The position numbers and the translations under genes are program-made. A stretch of DNA of 64,000 nucleotides from Candidatus Zixiibacteriota bacterium. Lineage in GTDB: Bacteria; RBG-13-66-14; B26-G2; WVWN01. Position 1 is the first letter of the stretch. The number at the start of each line of letters is the position of its first letter. This document shows, in pieces, positions 9,785-18,020 of this stretch. The notes beneath the pieces were generated by a model. That model had not been told where the DNA came from. It made no database searches and was given only the letters and a program-made list of their open reading frames with translations. The DNA lies in NCBI GenBank assembly GCA_050117845.1, contig JASFLY010000010.1:1-64000 (forward strand). Reading direction: 5' to 3'.

Positions 9785-10258
9785 ATGAGTATGATAGCGG
9801 AGGAGAAGGATTATTCGTCGCTCGTAATGAGGCGGCGGAACTTGCCGCACTGGGAAATGGCGGGTGCGACTTACTTCGTTACTTTCGAACTTAACGAGGG
9901 CGAATTATCCGGCGAGGAGATAGTATTCGTAAAGGAACATGTAAAACGGGGCGACCCCGATTTCTATCGATTATTAGCGATGACCGTCATGCCGGACCAC
10001 GCCCACGTTTTATTACAACCGAACGGCGGTATTTCGCTGCCGCGGATTATGAAGGGAATTAAAGGTGCTTCGGCCCGATCGATAAACGAGCGGCGGGGCC
10101 GGCGAGGCGTATTGTGGCGGGACGAATCATACGACCATATTATCCGAAACGACGCCGAATTGGAGAAAACCCTCGAATATATACTGAATAATGCTCCCAA
10201 GCGGGGTCTGTGTGAGGACGGATGGGAGTATCCGGGGTTTTACTTGCGGGGCGTATAG
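9785..10258 (+). mobile_element. rayT: REP-associated tyrosine transposase (RAYT/TnpA-REP, Y1 HUH family)
   Basis: RRRNLPHW..AGATYFVTF, HUH motif MPDHAHVLL, LWRDESYDHIIRN, putative catalytic Y in YILNN. Flanked by REPs and more AT-rich than neighbours. Start could be 9785 or 9791. Confidence 0.9.
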
Positions 10259-10271
10259 TAACTTATTAGGA

Positions 10272-10432
10272 GTGGCACGGACATTCTTGTCTGTGAGAAA
10301 AAAGCATTAATATCACCGGCAGGAATGCCGGTGGCACATATAAAATTAGAAATAACAAAACCAGGAGTGGCACAGACATTCTTGTCTGTGGGAAAAAAGC
10401 ATTAATATCACCGAAAGGAATGGCGGTGGCAC
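10272..10432. repeat. Two REP doublets downstream of RAYT (10272-10337, 10367-10432)
   Basis: Same A-type and inverted B-type REPs with the conserved linker AAAAAGCATTAATAT seen at 9635-9699; last B copy is degenerate. Confidence 0.9.
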
Positions 10433-10477
10433 GAATACGAATCTAAATAATAAAATTAGAAGCCGTACAGACATTTA

Positions 10478-11596
10478 ATGATTAAGTCGATATTCAGATC
10501 AGATATTGAGCGCCTACGGCAGAACGTCGCCGAGTTGCTGGGCAACAAGATCCGCAGCGGGGCTATCCTGGCCGCGGTGGCGGCGGCGGTGGCGCTGGGC
10601 GTCACGGTCCTCGAGTTGCCGCCGGGGCTGGTGGTCGTGGCGGCCGTCGCCGGCGTGGGCTCGCTCTTCCTAGGCCGGACGAGGGTTCTCCTCATCGCTT
10701 TCTTCGCGCTCCTGCTCGTGGTCTTACCCTTTGTTGTTACCGACCAGTACTGGCTCCGCGTCACGGTGACTATCGCCATTTACGCCATCCTCGCGCTCGG
10801 CCTCAACGTCATCGTCGGCTACGCCGGCGTGTTAGACCTGGGCTTCATCGCCTTCTACGGCATCGGCGCCTATACGGCCGCTCTGCTTATGCTCAAGTGC
10901 GGCTGGTCGTTCTGGGCCGCGCTGCCGGTGGCGACCGCCGCGGGGGCGTTGTTGGGCGTCCTGCGCGGCCTGCCGACGCTCCGCCTCTCCGGCGATTACC
11001 TGGCGATAGTGACGCTCGGCTTCGGCGAGATAGTCCGCATGACGTTCACCAACTGGGTCGGCCTAACCAACGGGCCGATGGGCCTGCGCGGCATCGAGGC
11101 CCCCAGCATCGGCTCCTTCTCGTTCGGCTTCGACGCCGCCCACGGTGGCTACATGCGCTATTACTTCCTGGTGTTGGCCTTGCTGGGCCTCGCCGTATAC
11201 GTCGTCTATCGCCTGCGGTACTCGCGGCCGGGCCGCGCGCTTCTGGCCATCCGCGACAACGAGACCGCCGCCGCGGCCATGGGCGTCCACCTCACGCGCT
11301 ACAAGGCGCTGGCCTACGCGGTGGGGGCGGCCTTCGGCGGCGCGGCGGGGGCGTTCTTCGTCTCGTTCAACCTCTTCGTCTCGCCCAATTCGTTCCTCTT
11401 CTTCGAGTCGGCCATCGTATTGTGCATGGTGGTCGTGGGCGGGATGGGGGCCATCGCGGGGGCGATAGTGGGCGCGGTCATCCTGGGATCCTTCCCGGAA
11501 TTGCTGCGCTTCCTGGCCGACTTCCGTTACCTTATATTCGGCGCGCTTATGGTGGCGGTGGCGATATTCAGGCCGCGCGGCTTGCTGAAGGCCTAA
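10478..11596 (+). CDS. livM: Branched-chain amino acid ABC transporter permease
   Basis: LGLNVIVGYAGVLDLGFIAFYGIGAY, LRLSGDYLAIVTLGFGEI, TNGPMG, AIRDNETAA, FRPRGL. Confidence 0.93.
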   Translation: MIKSIFRSDIERLRQNVAELLGNKIRSGAILAAVAAAVALGVTVLELPPGLVVVAAVAGVGSLFLGRTRVLLIAFFALLLVVLPFVVTDQYWLRVTVTIAIYAILALGLNVIVGYAGVLDLGFIAFYGIGAYTAALLMLKCGWSFWAALPVATAAGALLGVLRGLPTLRLSGDYLAIVTLGFGEIVRMTFTNWVGLTNGPMGLRGIEAPSIGSFSFGFDAAHGGYMRYYFLVLALLGLAVYVVYRLRYSRPGRALLAIRDNETAAAAMGVHLTRYKALAYAVGAAFGGAAGAFFVSFNLFVSPNSFLFFESAIVLCMVVVGGMGAIAGAIVGAVILGSFPELLRFLADFRYLIFGALMVAVAIFRPRGLLKA

Positions 11597-11608
11597 TCCT
11601 TTTACCAT

Positions 11609-11637
11609 TTGACTCTTGGGCCGGAATATTCTACAAT
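11609..11637 (+). promoter_or_regulatory. Putative sigma70 promoter for the SecD-P1 lipoprotein/secD unit
   Basis: TTGACT-17 nt-TACAAT, 20 nt upstream of ATG 11658. Confidence 0.7.
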
Positions 11638-11657
11638 CCCCTAATCTTAGGGGATTT

Positions 11658-12635
11658 ATGTTTTGGAAGGTAGCCATCGCGGTAGTCGCCTTCGCGGCGT
11701 TCGCGTGCGCCTCGGGACTGCCGGAGGAGTACAAGCCGCCGGTCGAGCCCCGGGTCGAGGAACCGCCCGTCGTGGAGGAGCCCCCCCGCATCGAGAAACC
11801 GAGTGGGGAGAGCCCCGGCGCCGAGTTGCACGACGTCCGCGTCCTCCTCTACATCGGCGGCGTCGCGCCGTCGGACAAGGTGGCGGCGGGGCAGAAGCTC
11901 GTCCCGATACTGGAGCGCCGGGCGGCCGGCGTGGCCAAGCGCTACGCGCTGGACCACAACGAGGGCGAGAGCCGTATAAACGTCGAGCTCTTCGGCTGTC
12001 CCGATCCGGACCGGGCGCTGCTTATCCTGACAGCCCCCGGCCTTCTGGAGTTCCAGGCCGTGGCCGAGCGGGACGCCTTCGTCGAGGAGATTGTCGCCGC
12101 CGGGTGGTCCACGGACGCCCTGCTCCTCCGCGATTACGAGAACGTGATAGTGGTGAAAGAGGGGGACAGGGCCGGCCTCGCGGCCGCGCTCCGGGCGCAC
12201 CTGCCCGCGGGCAGCCGGGTGCTCTGGTCGCGGCCCCTCGACGACGAGGGTGCGGAAGTGTACGAGGTCGCCCTCGCGACCGGCGACGGGATGGCAGTTA
12301 CGGGCGCGGTGGAAGCCGTCGCCGTGGCCGACCCCGCCACGCGTGAGCCCGTGGTCCACTTCGACCTCAACGAGCGCGACGGCACCGTATTCTCGGGCCT
12401 GACGGCCCGCAACCTGGGCGGGGCCATCGCCGTGGTCTTCGACGACGAGTTGTTCTATACCGCCCGGGTGCAGGAACAGACCTTCCGCCGCGTGGCCATT
12501 ACCGGCGACCTGAGCGCCGGCCGCGCCAAAGACATCGCCCTACTCCTGTCGTCGGGTTCGCTGCCGGCGACGGTGACGCCTGTCGAATATTACGTGGACG
12601 GCGAGAGCCGGCCGATTCCCAAGCCGTCTAAATAA
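11658..12635 (+). CDS. Lipoprotein consisting of a SecD-like periplasmic P1 domain
   Basis: Lipobox AFAC; Pro/Glu linker; ILERR..RINVELFG..DPDRA..LLEF and PVVHFDLN..G.VFSGLTARNLGGAIAVVFDD..ITGDLS..AKDIALLLSSGSLPA align with the adjacent SecD P1; no further TM helices. Confidence 0.8.
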   Translation: MFWKVAIAVVAFAAFACASGLPEEYKPPVEPRVEEPPVVEEPPRIEKPSGESPGAELHDVRVLLYIGGVAPSDKVAAGQKLVPILERRAAGVAKRYALDHNEGESRINVELFGCPDPDRALLILTAPGLLEFQAVAERDAFVEEIVAAGWSTDALLLRDYENVIVVKEGDRAGLAAALRAHLPAGSRVLWSRPLDDEGAEVYEVALATGDGMAVTGAVEAVAVADPATREPVVHFDLNERDGTVFSGLTARNLGGAIAVVFDDELFYTARVQEQTFRRVAITGDLSAGRAKDIALLLSSGSLPATVTPVEYYVDGESRPIPKPSK

Positions 12636-12652
12636 CGGTTTACCGGAGGTAC

Positions 12653-14260
12653 TTGGTTTTGCGTTACAGCAAAGTCTTACGCGCGATACTTATTATATTA
12701 GTCGGCGTTCTCGCGCTGCTCTACGTCTTTCCTACCATAAACTTCTACTCGTGGTGGCAGGACGAGTACGAGGAGGACCACTTCGTCCTCAACTGGCCCG
12801 GCGGGTACGAGACGCCGTTCCCCTCGTGGCTCGCCCCCGTGGGGCGCGTCCTCCCGAAAAGGCCGGTCAAGCTGGGCCTCGACCTCAAGGGCGGCATCTA
12901 CCTCGTTTACGAGGTGGACGCGACCGATCTCTCCGAGAAGGAACTCCGCGACGCCGTTAACATGACGGTGGAGATAATCCGCAAGCGCGTCGACGAACTC
13001 GGCGTGGCCGAACCCGAGATCCAGAGCGAAGGCAGCAACCGCATCGTCGTCAAGCTCCCGGGCATCAAGGACCCCGCGCGCGCCAAGGACCTCATCGGCA
13101 CCACGGCCCTGCTGGAGTTCAAACTCGTCAACGCCACGGACTCGTTGTATAAAATTATACAGGAGTACGACCAGAAGAAGGGCGCCGGCGCGGCGGAGGG
13201 CAAATACGCGGCGCTCGGCGACCGTATCCAGACCATCCGCGGCGAGACGGTCTTCTACGAGGACGACTACGAGCGCGTGCGCGAGGCGTTCGACGACGCG
13301 GCGGAAATGGGCCTCGTCCCCTCGGGGTGGATGATCGCTTTCTCCAACGCCGTACGGAGCGAGGACGACGGTACATACCTCGAACTGGGCGGCCCCTACC
13401 GTTCCGTCTACCTCGTGTCCGAAGAGACGCCCATTACCGGCAAGTACCTCCGCAACGCCCAGATGGATTACGACCAGTACGGCAAACCGAACGTCGCGTT
13501 CACCTGGGACAACGACGGCGCCCGGATCTTCGGGGACCTCACAGGCGCCCACATCGAGGAGCGCCTCGCCATCCTCCTGGACGGGTACGTGCAGTCGGCT
13601 CCGGTCATCCAGTCGCGCATTACGACCCAGGGCGAGATAACGGGCAACTTCACGAGCGAGGAGGCGTCCGACCTGGCGCTCGTACTCCGCTCCGGCGCCC
13701 TGCCGGCGAAGCTCTGGCTTATCCAGGAACAGGTGGTCGGGCCGTCGCTGGGCCGCGACGCCATCCGCAACGGCGTCATCGCCTCGGTCATCGCCTTCGC
13801 GATAATCATCGCCCTGACGGTTTTCTACTATCACTTCGCGGGCCTCGTGGCCGACCTCGCCCTTATCTTCAACCTCGTCATCGTCGTGGCCGTGATGGTT
13901 CTCATCCACGCGACGTTGACCTTGCCCGGTATAGCGGGATTAATACTATCGGTGGCGATGGCCATCGATGCCAACGTCCTTATATACGAGCGTATCCGGG
14001 AGGAACTGCGCTCCGGAAAGACGGTCAAGGCCGCGGTGGACACGGGGTACCGCCGGGCCTTCCTAACCATCTTCGACTCCAACATCACGACCGTCATCGC
14101 CGCTATTTTCCTCTACCTCTTCGGGACCGGCCCCATCCGCGGCTTCGCCGTTACGCTCACCATCGGTATCGCGGCGTCGATGTTCACGGCTATCGTAGTC
14201 ACCAAGGGCATCTTCGACTACTTCACCGGTAAGGGAATTAAAAAGCTATACATCGGGTAA
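12653..14260 (+). CDS. secD: Protein translocase subunit SecD
   Basis: LGLDLKGG, RVDELGVAEP, LRSGALPA, VGPSLG, TLTLPGIAG, DANVLIYERIREE, DSNITT, GPIRGFAVTL. Confidence 0.97.
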   Translation: MVLRYSKVLRAILIILVGVLALLYVFPTINFYSWWQDEYEEDHFVLNWPGGYETPFPSWLAPVGRVLPKRPVKLGLDLKGGIYLVYEVDATDLSEKELRDAVNMTVEIIRKRVDELGVAEPEIQSEGSNRIVVKLPGIKDPARAKDLIGTTALLEFKLVNATDSLYKIIQEYDQKKGAGAAEGKYAALGDRIQTIRGETVFYEDDYERVREAFDDAAEMGLVPSGWMIAFSNAVRSEDDGTYLELGGPYRSVYLVSEETPITGKYLRNAQMDYDQYGKPNVAFTWDNDGARIFGDLTGAHIEERLAILLDGYVQSAPVIQSRITTQGEITGNFTSEEASDLALVLRSGALPAKLWLIQEQVVGPSLGRDAIRNGVIASVIAFAIIIALTVFYYHFAGLVADLALIFNLVIVVAVMVLIHATLTLPGIAGLILSVAMAIDANVLIYERIREELRSGKTVKAAVDTGYRRAFLTIFDSNITTVIAAIFLYLFGTGPIRGFAVTLTIGIAASMFTAIVVTKGIFDYFTGKGIKKLYIG

Positions 14261-14308
14261 GAACAGGGCGTTCGATTCCCGGACGTTCAGATAGTTAACT
14301 ATCGATAT

Positions 14309-14335
14309 AAAAGCCGGCCTTCGGGCCGGCTTTTT
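14309..14335 (+). terminator. Rho-independent terminator after secD
   Basis: AAAAGCCGGCC-TTCG-GGCCGGC-TTTTT. Confidence 0.85.
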
Positions 14336-14872
14336 CTTGCGTATTTATCCCGGCGAGCGTAACTCGTTCGGAAACCGAACGTTATTGGCGTATGAGAATA
14401 GCGGGGGAGGCGGGGTTTTTAGCGGCCTGGCGCCCATTTTAACGCCACCCCCGTCAATTATAGCGGTATTATGGCGCCGCTATTTTATTTATTCTTACGG
14501 GACTTCCTCCATATTTGGCGATGGGTGCCGCTAGTTTTGACGGTATGACCCGATACTATTACACTATATCACTAATTTTATTTATTGCTTGTTTTTGAAT
14601 GTAATTAACGCGGTGCGGGAAATTACTTCCGCGCCGGTACTCGAACCCGGGGTTTTTTAGTTTAGGCCGTTTAAATAGTTGCCGTTGATCAACGAGGCCG
14701 CCCGGCCAAGTATGTTCGTTGCGTCGCCTGGTCGAGTGGACGGAGCATTGTTCAGTTGTAATGACAATACGCCGACACGACGCGATAATACCCTGCGCTG
14801 TTGTGATACGATATTATTCCGTGCCGATTTAGAGGCCCGGATTTCCCTCGTTATTATTGGAGTATTTAGGGC

Positions 14873-14901
14873 TTGACTTCGCGGTGCCGGGAGAGTAGAA
14901 T
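14873..14901 (+). promoter_or_regulatory. Putative sigma70 promoter
   Basis: TTGACT-17 nt-TAGAAT upstream of AGGAGGTG RBS and ATG 14936. Confidence 0.7.
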
Positions 14902-14935
14902 TACGGTATATTAGGATATGAAAGGAGGTGTGATT

Positions 14936-15553
14936 ATGAGGAATTTGTGTATCGCCGGGATGATATTGGTAATCGCGGCGGCGAGTTTCGGTATAGAGTT
15001 GGTATTGCAACCCGGGTCGGAAGGCAAGGATAACCAGATCATCGATACCCAACCGACGACGAATCGCGGTACTTATTCCTACTTGACCACGAACTGGTCG
15101 GGTGGTTGCGAAGACCGGGGTTTGATCGAATTCGAGGGCCTTTCCGTTATCCCTTCAGGAGCCGTAATTAACTCCGCCAACCTCGAGCTCTATACCTATA
15201 CTAACAACCCGAATGACACGTTCGGCATTTACCGTATTACCGAATCCTGGACCGAAAGCGGATCCACGTGGACCAACCAGCCCGCGCACCACGCGACCGC
15301 CTACGCGTTAACGTTAGTTACCGGAGCCGCCACGTACTCGTTCGACGTGAAGAATCTCGTTCAGGAATGGGCGGACGGTACGTACGTCAACTACGGTATG
15401 ATGCTAAAGCGGCCTTCCGGGAATAGGACGGGATGGCCGTATTTCGCTTCGAGTGACCATACTTCGTACCCGCACCCGAAATTGACCGTCGATTACGGCG
15501 AGACCGGCGTAACGCCGATGTCGATGGGTAAAGTCAAAGCGTTATTCAACTAA
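14936..15553 (+). CDS. Secreted DNRLRE-domain protein with conserved C-terminal tag
   Basis: Signal peptide; LQP..GKD..I..QPTTN.G, RGLIEF, IPSGAVINSANLELY, WTE..TW.NQP, FDVKNLVQEW, PKLTVDY; ends GVTPMSMGKVKALFN. Confidence 0.8.
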   Translation: MRNLCIAGMILVIAAASFGIELVLQPGSEGKDNQIIDTQPTTNRGTYSYLTTNWSGGCEDRGLIEFEGLSVIPSGAVINSANLELYTYTNNPNDTFGIYRITESWTESGSTWTNQPAHHATAYALTLVTGAATYSFDVKNLVQEWADGTYVNYGMMLKRPSGNRTGWPYFASSDHTSYPHPKLTVDYGETGVTPMSMGKVKALFN

Positions 15554-15570
15554 AAAAGTTTTCCGAGTTT

Positions 15571-15600
15571 GCGAAAGCCGGCCTTCGGGCCGGTTTTCGC
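15571..15600 (+). terminator. Terminator-like hairpin
   Basis: GCGAAAGCCGGCC-TTCG-GGCCGGTTTTCGC. Confidence 0.7.
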
Positions 15601-15690
15601 TTATGGGCGTCGTGATATATTACCGTTGACCGCCGCCCGTGCGCCTGTTAATTTATACGAAAGGCCGTCCTGCCGGGCGGCCTCTAAACT

Positions 15691-17487
15691 ATGGAACGGC
15701 CGGATAACAATAGGTACATATACGTCGTGTGGGCGCTCGCCGCATCCGCTTTGGGCGCCGGCCTCTACGTCGCGGCCGGCCGCGTGCCGTTCGTGGCCGC
15801 GGCCTTCGGGGCCCTGGGCGACGTATCGAGCCCCGTCGTCCGTTTCTTCTACCGCCGGCCGGACATGGCGGGTGACCCGGGGCTATGGCTCAAGCACGCC
15901 TTGTGCGTCGTCGGGCCGGCGCTGTTGTGGGCGGCGGCGCTGGGCCGGGCGTTTCCCGGGGTCGCCGTCCGTTTCGCCGGCCTCGTTACCCGCAGGTCGT
16001 CCGCGTACGTACTTATCGCGGCGTCAGTGGCGGCGGTCGCGGCGCTCGGGATATTCGCCGTCAATAAAACGTCGCTTCACCCTGACGAGGCGCCTCACGT
16101 CTTCCAGGGCAGGATATTCGCCCGCGGCGCGCTGGCCGCTCCCGTTCCCCAGACCGAGGAGGGATTGAAACGGGCTTTCTTCCGTTCCAAGGACGAGGTC
16201 GCGTACAAAGGCCGCTGGTTCTCGGCGTACGCCCCGGGCCCCGCGGCCCTATCCTATCTGGGCGGCCGGCTGGGCTGGCCGAAACTTTTCACGGTGGCCG
16301 GCGCCGGCCTGATATTGCTCGCCGTTTTCGCGCTAGGCCGCCGCACCCTCGGCCCCTACGGCGGGGCCGTCGCCCTCGTACTCGCCGCCACGTCGCCCTT
16401 TTTTCTGATAACGCAAGCGTCCTATCTCCCCGAGGCGACGCTGATGGCGTTCGTCGCGCTAGGATGGTGGGCCGCGGCGAGGGTCGGGGACGGCCGGGCA
16501 TCACCGGCGTCGGTCGCGGCGTTGGGGGTCGCCGCCGGCGGCGTTCTGCTCACCCGGGAATACGCGCTGCTGTACCTCGGGCCGCCGCTCCTGTGGTACC
16601 TGTGGCGGCGCGGCCGGGAAGGGGGGAGCGGCGGAACGAAGGGCGCGTGGTTCGCCCTTGGCGCCGCGCCGTTCGCGCTGGCGTGGCTCTGGTACAACTG
16701 GCGCCAGACGGGGCACGCGTTCCTGCCGCCGTTATACTTCGCCAACCTGGATTACTTCGGCTTCGAGGAGTCGGGGGCTATTTTGGCGGCGCTATCGTCC
16801 ACCGCCCGCAACCTCACGGCGTTTTCCGTGGACGCGTTCGGCTGGCCGCTGTTGTGCCTCCTGCCCGCCGCCGCAAGGCCGTTTTTGGGGCCCCGGCTCG
16901 ACGCGTTCGAGAAGGCCATGTACGCCACCGTACTGCTCACCGCCCTCGCGCACTTCCCGCTGCGGGAAGTCGGCATCGCGTACGGCGCCTCGGATTTTTA
17001 CCCGGCGTGGTTCGCGCTGGTCTTTATAACGGCGAGGTTTTTTGTTATACTTTCGGGAAGGTTGGCGCGGCGCTTTCCCGTCGGCGCGGAAGGTGTTATT
17101 GTAGCCGTTGCCTCCGCGCTCGTCGCGTTCAACCTCGCCTGCTATGTGCCGGCGGCGATAACGCGTTGCGCCGGCCGGCCCGCCGGGAATCGCGGCCGCT
17201 GGGCCGACGAGGAAGTCCGGCTCGCCCTCGCCGAACTCGGCGTCAAGGACGCGGTGGTGTTGATAAAACCGCGGGCGTGGTGCCTGAGTACGACGCCCGG
17301 CTCGCCGTTCCTCGACGACGACGTGGTTTACGGCCGGGATAACGGCGAATACAACGGCGAACTTAAAAAAATATTCCCCGGCCGCCGTTTTTACCTGTTG
17401 GATTACCGGCAGTTTCGGCGGACGGGGGAAATCGGGGGGCTAGAGGCAAGGTCTCCCGTAAACGTACCCCATGAGGAGGAAAGATGA
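15691..17487 (+). CDS. Polytopic GT-C/ArnT-like glycosyltransferase
   Basis: PDE..HVFQGRIFARG, GRWFSAYAPG, SPFF, many TM helices, C-terminal periplasmic region. Confidence 0.7.
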   Translation: MERPDNNRYIYVVWALAASALGAGLYVAAGRVPFVAAAFGALGDVSSPVVRFFYRRPDMAGDPGLWLKHALCVVGPALLWAAALGRAFPGVAVRFAGLVTRRSSAYVLIAASVAAVAALGIFAVNKTSLHPDEAPHVFQGRIFARGALAAPVPQTEEGLKRAFFRSKDEVAYKGRWFSAYAPGPAALSYLGGRLGWPKLFTVAGAGLILLAVFALGRRTLGPYGGAVALVLAATSPFFLITQASYLPEATLMAFVALGWWAAARVGDGRASPASVAALGVAAGGVLLTREYALLYLGPPLLWYLWRRGREGGSGGTKGAWFALGAAPFALAWLWYNWRQTGHAFLPPLYFANLDYFGFEESGAILAALSSTARNLTAFSVDAFGWPLLCLLPAAARPFLGPRLDAFEKAMYATVLLTALAHFPLREVGIAYGASDFYPAWFALVFITARFFVILSGRLARRFPVGAEGVIVAVASALVAFNLACYVPAAITRCAGRPAGNRGRWADEEVRLALAELGVKDAVVLIKPRAWCLSTTPGSPFLDDDVVYGRDNGEYNGELKKIFPGRRFYLLDYRQFRRTGEIGGLEARSPVNVPHEEER

Positions 17488-18017
17488 AGAAGGCCATTAT
17501 ACTAGCGCTTGCGTGCATACTCGTGGCCGCGGCGGCGCCCGTGTGGGCCGCCAAGACGATGCCGCCGTTCAAAGCCAAGGACGTCGACGGCAAGAAGGTC
17601 AGCTTCGAGGACCTGGCGGCCGAGAACGAACTTATGGCGTTCGTATTCTTTGGAATGGACTGCGGCCCCTGCAAGAACGAGCTGGTCGAGGTCAACAAGT
17701 TCGCCGACGACTATGACGGCTTCGCCGTCGTCGCGGTGTCGACCGATACCGCGCGCACCTCGTCCCAGGTCAAACCCTACGTCAAGGGCCAGGGCTTCAA
17801 GTTCGCCGTCCTGCTCGACGAGGACGGCGAGCTCGTACGGGCGCTCGGGATCCCCGGCAACCCGTACTCGTTCCTCGTTACCGCCGAGGGAGATATAATC
17901 TGGGAGCACAGCGGTTATCGGAAGGGCGACGAGAAGAAAATGAAAGAAGAGATAGAGGCGTTCCTGGGCTCGGCGGGGGAATGCCCCCCGAACGCCAGCG
18001 ACCCCGTGGAGGATTAA
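17484..18017 (+). CDS. Periplasmic TlpA/ResA-like thiol-disulfide oxidoreductase
   Basis: Signal peptide; PPFKAKDVDGKKVSF, CGPC (CxxC), VLLDEDG, GNPYSFLV, HSGYRKGDE. Confidence 0.9.
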   Translation: MKKAIILALACILVAAAAPVWAAKTMPPFKAKDVDGKKVSFEDLAAENELMAFVFFGMDCGPCKNELVEVNKFADDYDGFAVVAVSTDTARTSSQVKPYVKGQGFKFAVLLDEDGELVRALGIPGNPYSFLVTAEGDIIWEHSGYRKGDEKKMKEEIEAFLGSAGECPPNASDPVED

Positions 18018-18020
18018 ATT

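Noticed and set aside
9635..10432. CRISPR array (24-nt palindromic repeats at regular spacing)
   Set aside because: Repeats alternate in orientation, the linkers are themselves repeated rather than unique spacers, there are no cas genes, and the adjacent gene is a RAYT.
14261..14290. tRNA-like GTTCGATTCCC after secD (possible tRNA or att remnant)
   Set aside because: Only a T-loop-like 11-mer; no acceptor, D or anticodon arms can be folded.
14337..14876. Short ORFs (65-131 aa) in the AT-rich spacer
   Set aside because: No RBS, atypical codon usage and no motifs; likely non-coding or decayed DNA.
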